IMG/VR virus record: IMGVR_UViG_3300047561_000293 | Coordinates: 1-31,472 of that record | Length of the DNA: 31,472 nt | Source: a virus | Lineage: Duplodnaviria > Caudoviricetes | Reading direction: 5' to 3' (one strand) | Part shown: positions 1-9,069 of the stretch, piece after piece | Position numbering within the stretch: the first letter of the stretch is position 1 | Layout: each line of letters begins with the position of its first letter | Made by a program: the position numbers and the translations under genes | Notes under the pieces: generated by a model | The model's database searches: none | What the model was told of the DNA's origin: nothing | What the model saw: only the letters and a program-made list of their open reading frames with translations

Positions 1-127
1 TGCCGACGCCGATCACCAGAGCTGTTGGTAGACATTGAGGGAAACCTATCACCTGCCTGGCCACCCGTGGACGAGATCCACTGGTGCGGCGAATACTCAC
101 CGGACAACTACTCATGAGCCACGATCC
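1..127. repeat. Terminal direct repeat, left copy (circular assembly overlap)
   Basis: 1-127 is identical to 31346-31472 (tgccgacgccgatcacc...catgagccacgatcc). The reading frame of 31055..31462 and its ATGA coupling to the next gene are reproduced across the join. Confidence 0.95.
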
Positions 128-356
128 CGTACACCACCCACAGCACTACACTCAACATCCGTCTGGCGTTGAGTGCATCCAGATCACCGAGCATATGTGC
201 TTCAATCTTGGCAACGCCATCAAATACGTTTGGCGAGCGGATCTCAAAGCCGGGATGCAGGACCTTGAGAAAGCACGTTGGTATCTGGACCGGGAAATCG
301 AGCGACGCAAGAAAGCGTTTGACGATCACGTTGATAACGTGCTAAAACGCGCATGA
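114..356 (+). CDS. DUF3310 / SaV-like protein (T7 gp1.7 nucleotide-kinase-related family)
   Basis: Motifs DPVHHPQHY, GVECIQI, FNLGNAIKYVWRA and DLEKARWYLDRE. ATG at 114 overlaps the upstream stop (ATGA). Confidence 0.8.
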   Translation: MSHDPVHHPQHYTQHPSGVECIQITEHMCFNLGNAIKYVWRADLKAGMQDLEKARWYLDREIERRKKAFDDHVDNVLKRA

Positions 357-364
357 TTGGGTCC

Positions 365-423
365 GGGCGCACTCCTCGCCACTACATTGCCCAATTGGGC
401 GACGAGGGGTTGCCCATTTTTTT
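365..423 (+). terminator. Terminator-like nested hairpin followed by a T7 tract
   Basis: 365-378 pairs with 403-415 (G-U pairs, one bulge), enclosing the palindrome gcccaattgggc (389-400), followed by TTTTTTT at 417-423. Confidence 0.5.
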
Positions 424-434
424 CGGTGGTGCAG

Positions 435-797
435 ATGGAAAATGAAGCGAGTACATTTGTCTCGGTGCTTCTGCACTCAGGCACAAACGCGCATCTGCTG
501 CATTGGACCACCAGCAGCTTCGCTGCGCACCAGGCACTAGGTGAGTATTACCAAGCAATCCCTAAGTTGGTAGACCGGCTCGCAGAAGTCTACATGGCCA
601 GGCACGGGCAATTCACCGACTTCCAAGAAGACTACTACCTTCCAGCCGATGATCCTGTCGAGTACATGGTGGGCATTAAGTACTTTGTGCAAGACTCACG
701 CGAAATCATGCCCGACGAAACCGAAATCCAGAATCTCATTGATGAGATCGCGCAGCTCATTGACTCAACCCTTTTTAAACTTAAATTTCTCAAGTAA
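435..797 (+). CDS. Ferritin/Dps-like four-helix-bundle protein (DUF5856-like)
   Basis: AHLLHW...FAAHQALGEYY...VDRLAE resembles the Dps/ferritin-like helix motif; C-terminal IQNLIDEI...TLFKLKFL. Start assigned to ATG 435. Confidence 0.7.
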   Translation: MENEASTFVSVLLHSGTNAHLLHWTTSSFAAHQALGEYYQAIPKLVDRLAEVYMARHGQFTDFQEDYYLPADDPVEYMVGIKYFVQDSREIMPDETEIQNLIDEIAQLIDSTLFKLKFLK

Positions 798-805
798 GGA
801 AAATC

Positions 806-1090
806 ATGAACTTCAAGAACTCACCAGCCCAACACTTAGATGACATCCACGCCCAGGCCTACGAGAATGGATCAGATGCCGGCAAGAGCGAGCTGGCCGA
901 GGAAGTCGCTGTCATGATGGGCGCAATTGACCTCGAGGAATGCCCACAGTGCCGTGACGTTCTCAAGCGCGTGCTAAATCAGCACATTGCCCAATTTCTA
1001 TCTGTTGGCGAGCATGAGTGCGAGCAAGAACCAGAAGATGAAGATGAAGAGGGCGAAGTCTCTTTCGTAATCTCATTTCCAGATCACTGA
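806..1090 (+). CDS. Hypothetical acidic protein with CPQC motif
   Basis: RBS aagga upstream; 94 aa; Asp/Glu-rich tail EQEPEDEDEEGE. Confidence 0.7.
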   Translation: MNFKNSPAQHLDDIHAQAYENGSDAGKSELAEEVAVMMGAIDLEECPQCRDVLKRVLNQHIAQFLSVGEHECEQEPEDEDEEGEVSFVISFPDH

Positions 1091-1112
1091 AATCTAACTT
1101 AAAAGATCAACG

Positions 1113-2297
1113 ATGCAAGTCGAGCAGCGCAAGATAGAATCGCTGATCCCATATGTCAATAACTCTCGGACGCACAGTGATGAGCAGGTTGCTCAGATTG
1201 CTGCCAGCGTTCGGGAGTTTGGCTGGACCAACCCGATCCTGGTTGACGGGAAGAACGGCATCATTGCCGGTCACGGTCGTTTAGCAGCCGCTCGTAAGCT
1301 CAAGTTGACCGAGGTTCCGGTTATCGTGCTGGACCATCTCACAGAGGCGCAAAAGAAAGCGCTGGTCATTGCCGACAACAAGCTCGCATCAAATGCCGGA
1401 TGGGACGATGAGATGCTGCGTCTCGAGCTTGGCGATCTGCAAGAGATGGGTTTCGACGCGACGATTGCCGGTTTCACGACCGAGGAGCTGGACGCACTCC
1501 TAAGCGTCACCGAAATCACGGACGGGCTGACCGACGAGGATGACGTGCCAGAGGCTCCAGAAGAGCCTACAACGCGATTGGGCGACGTTTGGGTACTAGG
1601 ACAGCACCGGCTGATGTGCGGCGATTCTACGTCAATTGACGCGGTTGAAAAGTTGATGGATGGCCAGAAGGCCGATATGGTGTTTACTGACCCTCCGTAT
1701 GGAATCAATATAGGCAATCAATCGCAAGGCAAGGGCGGCGGGTTGGCCAAGAAAATTGACTATGGAATCAATGAGTGGGATAAAAGTATTCCATATGAAG
1801 CAATAAATGTCGCTTTAACTCTTTCTGATTGCTGCGTTTTTTGGGGCGCAAATTATTACGCAGATCGTTTGCCACCGTCATCCTGTTGGATTGTTTGGGA
1901 TAAAGATAACGGAGAAACCGATTTTGCAGATGTTGAGCTTGCATGGACAACTTACAAAAAAGCAGCGCGTTTAGTTAAATGGAAATGGTCTGGAATGTTG
2001 CAAGAAAACATGAAAGACAAAGAAAAAAGAGTGCATCCAACTCAAAAACCTATAGCGCTTCCAATTTGGGTGTTTGATAAATTCAAGGCTGGGACAATTG
2101 TTCTTGACCTATTCGGCGGCTCCGGCTCTACACTAATCGCTTGCGAGAAAACGGCGCGTCAATGCAGGATGATGGAACTTGACCCAAAGTATTGCGATGT
2201 GATCGTTAAGCGCTGGCAGGAGTTCACTGGCAAGGCAGCAACCCACGCAGAATCTGGAATTCCTTTTGCGGAGGTTAAAAGTGGCAACGAAAACTGA
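1113..2297 (+). CDS. ParB/Srx-like N-terminal domain fused to a beta-class N6-A/N4-C DNA methyltransferase
   Basis: N-terminus YVNNSRTHS...FGWTNPILVD...IIAGHGRLAAA...ADNK; methyltransferase motifs DPPY, HPTQKP, DLFGGSGSTLIA and MELDPKYCDVIVKRW. Confidence 0.92.
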   Translation: MQVEQRKIESLIPYVNNSRTHSDEQVAQIAASVREFGWTNPILVDGKNGIIAGHGRLAAARKLKLTEVPVIVLDHLTEAQKKALVIADNKLASNAGWDDEMLRLELGDLQEMGFDATIAGFTTEELDALLSVTEITDGLTDEDDVPEAPEEPTTRLGDVWVLGQHRLMCGDSTSIDAVEKLMDGQKADMVFTDPPYGINIGNQSQGKGGGLAKKIDYGINEWDKSIPYEAINVALTLSDCCVFWGANYYADRLPPSSCWIVWDKDNGETDFADVELAWTTYKKAARLVKWKWSGMLQENMKDKEKRVHPTQKPIALPIWVFDKFKAGTIVLDLFGGSGSTLIACEKTARQCRMMELDPKYCDVIVKRWQEFTGKAATHAESGIPFAEVKSGNEN

Positions 2298-2694
2298 AAA
2301 ACCTGCGCTTAAAAAGCGCGGACCTAATGGTGGAGCTCGCCCAGGTGCTGGCCGACCAGCCTTTGAGCCAACAGACTCCGAGCGCAAACAGGTGGAGGCC
2401 CTCAGTGGCTATGGCCTGCCAATCGAGCAGATCGCAGTCCTGGTGCGTGATGGCATCCACATTGACACCCTTCGTGCCCACTTTGCCACTGAGCTGGTCT
2501 CAGGCAAGGCCAAGGCAAACGGCCAGGTCGGGAAAACCCTGTTCCAGAAAGTCATGGCAGGCGATACCACCGCGGCGATCTGGTGGAGTAAAACCCAGAT
2601 GCGATGGGCCGAGACCCAGAAGCACGAGGTAACCGGCGCTGATGGCGCACCACTAGAATTCAGGGAAATCAAGCGGGTGATCGTCAAGGCATGA
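2281..2694 (+). CDS. terS: Terminase small subunit (putative)
   Basis: Lies directly before terL with ATGA overlap; GGARPGAGRP, helix-turn-helix-like region, AAIWWSKTQMRW and EVTGADGAPL tail; GTG start after GGAGG. Confidence 0.75.
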   Translation: MATKTEKPALKKRGPNGGARPGAGRPAFEPTDSERKQVEALSGYGLPIEQIAVLVRDGIHIDTLRAHFATELVSGKAKANGQVGKTLFQKVMAGDTTAAIWWSKTQMRWAETQKHEVTGADGAPLEFREIKRVIVKA

Positions 2695-3914
2695 GCGTTC
2701 TGCAGCTTCAGACACCAGAATGGGCCGTTCCGCTGCTGGAGCCAAGCCGTTACAAAGGGGCCTGGGGAGGCCGAGGCTCTGGCAAGTCCCATATGTTTGC
2801 CGAGCTGATGATCGAGTCACACATCATGGATCAGAAACGGCGCAGCGTCTGCGTCCGTGAAATCCAGAAGTCGCTAAATCAGTCCGTCAAGCGCCTGCTG
2901 GAGACCAAGATTCAGGCCATGAATGCTGGCGCCTACTTCGAGGTGCAGGATGCCGTCATCAAGTCTCGCAAGGCCGATGGCGCGATCATCTTCCAGGGTA
3001 TGCAAAACCACACAGCCGACAGCATCAAGTCGCTGGAAGGTTACGACTGCGCCTGGGTAGAGGAAGCCCAGAGTCTAAGCCAGACCAGTCTCGACTTGCT
3101 GCGGCCAACAATCCGCAAGCCAGGCTCAGAACTGTGGTTTACCTGGAACCCACGCGACAAGTCCGACCCGGTGGATTTTCTGCTGCGTGGCCCGACACCG
3201 CCAAAAGATTCCACTGTCCTAAAGGTCAACTTTACCGATAACCCGTGGTTTCCCGACGTCCTGTGCGACGAGATGGAGTACGACAAGCGGCGCGATCCAG
3301 ACAAGTACAGCCACGTCTGGATGGGCCAATATCTGACCAACAGCAGCAGCCGAGTGTTTAAGAATTGGCGCGTCGAGGACTTTGAGGCACCACCAGATGC
3401 CATTCATCGCTTGGGTGCTGACTGGGGTTTTGCCGTCGATCCAACCACGCTGGTGCGCTGTCACATCATTGGGCGCACGCTCTACATTGACCACGAGGCC
3501 TACATGGTCGGCTGCGAGATCGTCAATACCCCTGAGCTCTTCATGACCGTGCCTGAAGCTGAGAAGTGGCCCATCGTGGCCGACTCTGCCAGGCCAGAGA
3601 CCATCAGCCACATGAAGAAGAATGGCTTTCCTAAGATCATGACCGCGATCAAAGGTCCGAAGTCAGTCGAGGAGGGCGTCGAGTTTCTGAAGAACTATGA
3701 CATCGTTGTCCACCCACGTTGCATTCACACAATTGACGAGCTGACGCTTTACAGTTATAAGCAAGACCCATTGACCGGCAGAATATTGCCGGTGCTGGAG
3801 GACAAAAAGAACCACGTTATTGATGCCTTGCGTTATGCCTGCGAGGCTGTTCGGCGATCCAACGCATCCAGACCAATGGCTTTCACTCCGATCGCCAACA
3901 TGAAAAAGTGGTGA
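2691..3914 (+). CDS. terL: Terminase large subunit (PBSX/SPP1-like, Terminase_3 type)
   Basis: Walker A GGRGSGKS, Walker B AWVEEA, TWNP coupling motif, nuclease motifs GADWGFAVDP, ADSARP and NHVIDALRYA. Confidence 0.95.
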   Translation: MSVLQLQTPEWAVPLLEPSRYKGAWGGRGSGKSHMFAELMIESHIMDQKRRSVCVREIQKSLNQSVKRLLETKIQAMNAGAYFEVQDAVIKSRKADGAIIFQGMQNHTADSIKSLEGYDCAWVEEAQSLSQTSLDLLRPTIRKPGSELWFTWNPRDKSDPVDFLLRGPTPPKDSTVLKVNFTDNPWFPDVLCDEMEYDKRRDPDKYSHVWMGQYLTNSSSRVFKNWRVEDFEAPPDAIHRLGADWGFAVDPTTLVRCHIIGRTLYIDHEAYMVGCEIVNTPELFMTVPEAEKWPIVADSARPETISHMKKNGFPKIMTAIKGPKSVEEGVEFLKNYDIVVHPRCIHTIDELTLYSYKQDPLTGRILPVLEDKKNHVIDALRYACEAVRRSNASRPMAFTPIANMKKW

Positions 3915-3943
3915 GACAATTGCACAAATTGGAGGATTGATCT

Positions 3944-6007
3944 ATGGCCAGAATCTCAAACGACCAACGGCTGTCGAATCTGCACAGCGAAGCCCTGCGC
4001 CAGTTCAATGACATCCAGACTGCGCTGCGGGACGAGCGCCTGCAATGCCTGCAAGACAGACGTTTCTATTCCCTGTGCGGCGCCCAGTGGGAAGGCCCAC
4101 TCTGGGATCAGTATGAGAACAAGCCGAAGTTTGAGGTCAACAAGATCATGTTGGCGGTCATTCGCATCGTTAACGAATACCGCAACAATCGCATCACAGT
4201 GGACTATGTGTCTAAAGATGGCACAGACAATGTGAAGCTGGCAGAGGTCTGCGATGGCCTGTACCGCGCCGACGAGCAGGCATCCGTGGCAGACGAAGCC
4301 TACGACAACGCATTCGAGGAAGCGGTTGGCGGCGGCATTGGCGCATGGAGGCTGCGCACCGTCTACGAGGATGAGGAAAATGGCGAAGATGACCGGCAGC
4401 GCATTCGCATGGAGCCAATCTTTGATGCCGACAGCTCGGTGTTCTTCGACCTGAACGCCAAGCGCCAGGACAAGTCGGACGCCAAGTATTGCTTTGTGGT
4501 CACCAGCATGACCCGTGAGAGCTACAAAGAAATCTACAACGATGACCCAACAGATTGGCCAAAGATCATCCACCAATATGAATTCGACTGGGCAACGCCT
4601 GATGTCGTATTCGTGGCTGAGTACTTCAAGGTCGAGGAAAAGATCGAGACTATCCGCATCTTCGAGGCCATCGACGGCACCGAGGAGCGTTACAGCACTG
4701 CCGACTTTGCAGCCGATGAAACCCTAGAGGAAACGCTGGCAGCCGTCGGAACCCTTGAGGTGCGGCAGAAAAAGATCAAGCGCAAGCGCGTGCGCAAGTA
4801 CGTCATGTCCGGTGGCCGAGTGCTTGAGGACGCAGGCTACATCGCAGGCAACTGCATTCCAGTTGTGGTGGTTTACGGCAAGCGCTGGTTCGTGGACAAC
4901 ATCGAACGCTGCATGGGCGCTGTTAGATTGGCAAAGGATGCCCAACGCCTCAAGAATATGCAGCTCTCAAAACTGGGTGAGATCAGCGCACTGTCCAGCG
5001 TCGAGAAGCCAATCCTGGTCCCAGAGCAGGTGGCAGGCCATCAGCTCATGTGGGCCGAAGACAATCTCAGGGACTATCCATATCTGCTGGTGAATCCGAT
5101 CACCGGCCCTGATGGCAGTCAGCAAATCAGCGGCCCAGTTGCTTACACGAAAAGTCCAGATATACCGCCAGCAATGGCTGCGCTCCTGCAAATCACAGAG
5201 ACTGATATGCAGGACATTCTTGGCAATCCGCAAGGCGCTGACAAGATCGTATCGGGTGTGTCTGGCAAAGCAGTGGAGATGATCCAGACTCGTGTTGATA
5301 TGCAGACATTCATCTACATGAGCAACTTTGCCAAGGGCATGAAGCGCTGTGGCGAGATTTGGCTGAGCATGGCCAGAGACATCTACGTTGAAGAAAAACG
5401 CAAGATGAAGACCATTGCACCGACTGGTGAGTCCAGCGTGGTCGAGCTGATGAAGCCCATGATTGACCCAGAAACGGGTGCGATGGTTATGGAGAACGAT
5501 TTAAGCACTGCAACCTTTGATGTGGTTGCCGATGTTGGCCCGTCCAGCAGCAGTAAGCGTGCAGCGACTGTTCGAGCGCTCACGGGAATGCTCCAGATCA
5601 CCTCAGATCCAGAGACCGCCCAGGTACTGACGGCAATGGCCATGATGAACATGGAGGGAGAGGGCGTCAGCGATGCCAATGCCTACTTCCGCAAGAAGTT
5701 GCTTCGCATGGGCGTGGTGCAGCCCACCGATAAAGAAGCCGAAGAACTTATGGCCGAGATGCAAGGCAAGCCTCAGGACCCGAATGCCATGTACCTCCAG
5801 GCAGCGGCAGAGGAGGCCACCGCAAAAGCAGCCAAGGCTCGAGCTGATACGGTGGAAACCGTGGCAAGCGCAGAATTGAAACGCGCTCAAACTTTGCAGA
5901 CTTTAGGCAAGGTTGACCAGACTTCTCAAGAAATGGCAATGACCAATGCCCAGGCCGTGCAAGAGATATTGCAAGGCCAAATTGTGCAGCCTGTTGCGAA
6001 TCAGTAA
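3944..6007 (+). CDS. Portal protein, P22 gp1-like
   Basis: 687 aa directly after terL; DRRFY..GAQW, EEAVGGGIGAWRL and AKDAQRLKN; long Ala/Gln-rich C-terminal helix; RBS ggagga. Confidence 0.9.
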   Translation: MARISNDQRLSNLHSEALRQFNDIQTALRDERLQCLQDRRFYSLCGAQWEGPLWDQYENKPKFEVNKIMLAVIRIVNEYRNNRITVDYVSKDGTDNVKLAEVCDGLYRADEQASVADEAYDNAFEEAVGGGIGAWRLRTVYEDEENGEDDRQRIRMEPIFDADSSVFFDLNAKRQDKSDAKYCFVVTSMTRESYKEIYNDDPTDWPKIIHQYEFDWATPDVVFVAEYFKVEEKIETIRIFEAIDGTEERYSTADFAADETLEETLAAVGTLEVRQKKIKRKRVRKYVMSGGRVLEDAGYIAGNCIPVVVVYGKRWFVDNIERCMGAVRLAKDAQRLKNMQLSKLGEISALSSVEKPILVPEQVAGHQLMWAEDNLRDYPYLLVNPITGPDGSQQISGPVAYTKSPDIPPAMAALLQITETDMQDILGNPQGADKIVSGVSGKAVEMIQTRVDMQTFIYMSNFAKGMKRCGEIWLSMARDIYVEEKRKMKTIAPTGESSVVELMKPMIDPETGAMVMENDLSTATFDVVADVGPSSSSKRAATVRALTGMLQITSDPETAQVLTAMAMMNMEGEGVSDANAYFRKKLLRMGVVQPTDKEAEELMAEMQGKPQDPNAMYLQAAAEEATAKAAKARADTVETVASAELKRAQTLQTLGKVDQTSQEMAMTNAQAVQEILQGQIVQPVANQ

Positions 6008-6077
6008 AAAACAGGAGAGAATATATTTAACGGATGCCGCCCACCGTTTCAATGGGTGAGTTTAATGGGGTCGAAGG

Positions 6078-6911
6078 ATGAACGAAAAGGCAGTAATTGA
6101 GGACGAAGAAATCAATGTAGAGGAAGTAATTGAGGAAATCACGGAAATCGTTGATGACCTTGAGGAACCTGATGCAGAGGAAGTAATCGTCAGCATTGGT
6201 GAGGAAGCGCCACCTCCCGAAGAGCACACTCCAGCACCTGAATGGGTACGAGAGCTGCGAAAGACAAACCGTGAATTGCAACGCCAGAATCGTGAACTGC
6301 AAAGCAAGCTACAAGTCCAGCCAACTGAGATCAATCCAGTTGTCATTGGAGCCAAGCCCAAGCTAGAAGATCACGACTATGACGCTGACAAATACGAAGA
6401 GGCACTGACTGCTTGGTTTGAGCGCAAGCGACAAGCCGATGAGGTCAACGCCAAGCAACAAGCTGAAGTTATGAATCAGCAGAAGGCATGGCAAGCCAAG
6501 CTGGATGGCTACGGCAAAGCGAAAGCAGAGCTGAGAGTTAGGGATTACGAAGATGCCGAGGCCGTGGCCCAGGAGGTCTTCTCAATCACCCAGCAGGGCG
6601 TGATTCTTCAAGGCGCTGAAAATGCCGCACTGGTTGTTTACGCACTCGGTAAGAACCCAAAGAAGGCCAAGGAGTTGTCAGACATTAAAGACCCCGTAAA
6701 GTTTGCTTTTGCGGTAGCGAAACTGGAGAAAGAATTGAAAGTTACCAATCGCAGAGCAGCACCCGCACCAGAGCGTATCGTTTCAGGAACTGGACGATCG
6801 TCAGGCGCGGTAGACTCAACACTTGAACGGCTTAGAGAAGAAGCGGCTCGTACTGGCAACATGACGAAAGTCATCCAGTATCGGGCGCAGAAACGATCAG
6901 CATCAAAGTAA
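6078..6911 (+). CDS. Scaffolding protein (putative)
   Basis: Between portal and coat; acidic N-terminus, coiled-coil, KPKLEDHDYD and VYALGKNP; basic C-terminal helix. Confidence 0.8.
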   Translation: MNEKAVIEDEEINVEEVIEEITEIVDDLEEPDAEEVIVSIGEEAPPPEEHTPAPEWVRELRKTNRELQRQNRELQSKLQVQPTEINPVVIGAKPKLEDHDYDADKYEEALTAWFERKRQADEVNAKQQAEVMNQQKAWQAKLDGYGKAKAELRVRDYEDAEAVAQEVFSITQQGVILQGAENAALVVYALGKNPKKAKELSDIKDPVKFAFAVAKLEKELKVTNRRAAPAPERIVSGTGRSSGAVDSTLERLREEAARTGNMTKVIQYRAQKRSASK

Positions 6912-6932
6912 TTCTTTTTATAGGATCATGAA

Positions 6933-8219
6933 ATGAGCAATTCATTCAGCAAAGAAGAGCGCGTAGCGTTCGAGGACATCCTCGAAGGCTTTAACGATGC
7001 TCTGGTGTTGTCCCGCAACGTGTCCATCTACAACACAGATGGTTCGATGATGGAGCGCACCAACAACGTCATCTATCGTCCACAGCCATACATTGCACAG
7101 TCGTACAATGGCATGGATCAAACCGATAACTTCACCGCTTACACACAGCTTTCAGTGCCAGCGACATTGGGCTTTCAAAAGTCCGTGCCGTTCATCCTGG
7201 ATGCCCTGGAACTGCGTGATGCCCTGCAAGAAGGTCGCCTGGGTGATGCTGCCAAGCAGAAGCTGGCCTCCGACATCAACATCGCCATCATGAACGTGGC
7301 TGCTGCCCAAGGTTCGTTGGTTGTTACCGTGAACACCGCTGCTGGTGACTATGATGACGTTGCCCTGTGCGACAGCATCATGAACGAGCAGGGCGTGCAA
7401 GCGTTTGACCGCTACCTGGCCTTGTCCAGCCGTGACTACAACGGTATTGCTGGCAACATTGCTGGTGGCACTGGTGGCGCATCTGTATCCCGCAGCTTTG
7501 CAGGCAACAAGTCCAACACCGCTTTCGAGCGTTCGTTCGTTGGTATGGTCGCTGGCTTTGAGACTTATAAGCTGGATTACGCAAACCGTTTGGCGGCACG
7601 TACTGGTTCTAACACCACTATGTCCACTTTGGTTGCGGCAAACAACTACTATGTCCCAGTCGCCACTTCTACCGCTGTGACCGGCGAGACCCAGAACGTA
7701 GACAACCGCTTCCAGACCATCACTGTCACATCGACAACTGATCTGCGTGTTGGTACACCGTTCGAGATCGCTGGCGTTGAGGCTGTGCATCACATCACCA
7801 AGCAGGGTACTGGCTTTGCCAAGACCTTCCGTGTGGTGAGCATCACAAACTCAACCACTTGCGTTATCACACCGCCAATCATCTCGGCCCAGGGCGGCAC
7901 TGATGCAGAACTGCAATACCAGAACTGCATCGTGACTCCTAACGCCTCAGCAACAATGACCCGTTTGAACTCGGTCACCGCACCCATCAACTGCTTCTGG
8001 CAGAAGGATGCGTTGGAGATTCTGCCTGGTCGTTACGCTGTCCCGTCCGATGCTGGTGTCGCAGTGATGCGTGCCTCCACCGATCAGGGCATCGAGCTGG
8101 TGATGCAGAAGCAGTACGATGTGAACACCATGAAGACCAAGTATCGTCTTGATACTCTCTTCGGCGTGGTCAATAAGCAGCCGGAAATGTCTGGCATTTT
8201 GTTGTTCGGTCAGACTTAA
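6933..8219 (+). CDS. Major capsid protein, P22 gp5-like
   Basis: 428 aa; IYRPQPY, AKQKLASDIN, C-terminal TKYRLDTLFGVVNKQPE; size and position match the P22 coat protein. Confidence 0.92.
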   Translation: MSNSFSKEERVAFEDILEGFNDALVLSRNVSIYNTDGSMMERTNNVIYRPQPYIAQSYNGMDQTDNFTAYTQLSVPATLGFQKSVPFILDALELRDALQEGRLGDAAKQKLASDINIAIMNVAAAQGSLVVTVNTAAGDYDDVALCDSIMNEQGVQAFDRYLALSSRDYNGIAGNIAGGTGGASVSRSFAGNKSNTAFERSFVGMVAGFETYKLDYANRLAARTGSNTTMSTLVAANNYYVPVATSTAVTGETQNVDNRFQTITVTSTTDLRVGTPFEIAGVEAVHHITKQGTGFAKTFRVVSITNSTTCVITPPIISAQGGTDAELQYQNCIVTPNASATMTRLNSVTAPINCFWQKDALEILPGRYAVPSDAGVAVMRASTDQGIELVMQKQYDVNTMKTKYRLDTLFGVVNKQPEMSGILLFGQT

Positions 8220-8233
8220 TTAGAGGACGAATC

Positions 8234-8845
8234 ATGAGTTACCAAGTAATTTTCACTCAGGGCACGGCCACTGTTACTGTTCCTGCCGGACAGAAAATCG
8301 CGGTCCAGGCCTTTTCACCAGCAAGTGTGTTTCAGCAAGTTGGTTTCCCCAACTTTCCTGATTCGCAAGACCTGCTGACCGTTGTCGAAAACACCACTTA
8401 TGTGTCACCAGCATTCACCAATGCCACTATCGTGACCATTCAAGCCGGTGCATCTGGCGCTTTCTATAGCACTGGAACAGCACCAACGATCAGTAATGAT
8501 GGCAACTGGCAGTCTCAGCCTGCTCCAGCCAACATTGCTGATGGCGGCTCGATGGTTATGACTGCGGCTGAATTGCTGACCAGCATCATCACAGCAACAC
8601 CAACAGCATCACGCAACATCCAGTTGCCGACGGCTGCTAATCTCGAAGCGGCAACAGTATTGGCTGTTAACGATTCGTTCGACTTCAGCGTCATCACCTT
8701 GGCTGCGTTTGCTTTGACATTGACGGTCAACACAGGCGTGACCATTGTTGGTTCTCCTGCAACTGGTGCTGGTTCTGGCGCTGCGGCACGTTTCCGCATC
8801 CGTTATACTGCTTTAAACACATTCATTGTTTACCGCATCATGTAA
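8234..8845 (+). CDS. Putative capsid decoration/accessory structural protein
   Basis: 203 aa Thr/Ala/Val-rich, beta-type composition; directly after coat and before a terminator; RBS gagga. Confidence 0.55.
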   Translation: MSYQVIFTQGTATVTVPAGQKIAVQAFSPASVFQQVGFPNFPDSQDLLTVVENTTYVSPAFTNATIVTIQAGASGAFYSTGTAPTISNDGNWQSQPAPANIADGGSMVMTAAELLTSIITATPTASRNIQLPTAANLEAATVLAVNDSFDFSVITLAAFALTLTVNTGVTIVGSPATGAGSGAAARFRIRYTALNTFIVYRIM

Positions 8846-8854
8846 GTAGAAAAG

Positions 8855-8884
8855 ACAGGCCAGCAGAGATGTTGGCCTGTTTTT
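8855..8884 (+). terminator. Rho-independent terminator after the capsid genes
   Basis: Stem acaggccagca / tgttggcctgt, GAGA tetraloop, followed by a T tract. Confidence 0.8.
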
Positions 8885-8898
8885 CAATGGGGAACGAT

Positions 8899-9069
8899 AT
8901 GCCAATGACAAAGGGTTACTCTCAGAAATCCATCGGCAAGAACATTGCTATGGAAATGAAATCAGGCAAGCCACAAAAGCAAGCCGTTGCAATGGCACTC
9001 AGCACAGCAACCAAAGCAGCAAAAGCTGCAGGGAAGCCAAGCAAAGCGCCAATGAAAAAGATGAAATGA
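8899..9069 (+). CDS. Small Lys-rich basic phage protein
   Basis: MPMTKGYSQKSIGKNIAMEMKSGKPQKQAVAMALS...; this type of small protein is common in phage head regions; ATGA coupling to the next gene. Confidence 0.7.
   Translation: MPMTKGYSQKSIGKNIAMEMKSGKPQKQAVAMALSTATKAAKAAGKPSKAPMKKMK

Noticed and set aside
1-127. 127-bp terminal repeat as a biological DTR or att site
   Set aside because: The length equals a common assembler k-mer, it falls mid-gene, and the terminase type is usually associated with headful packaging; best explained as circular overlap.
1113-1500. ParB-like domain as evidence for a plasmid-prophage partition system
   Set aside because: It is fused to a methyltransferase next to the terminase, a common phage arrangement; no ParA or parS array is seen.
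6030-6075. Possible structured leader for scaffold autoregulation, as described for P22
   Set aside because: Only short, weak pairings (cacc/ggtg) can be seen by eye; not supportable without folding and covariation analysis.
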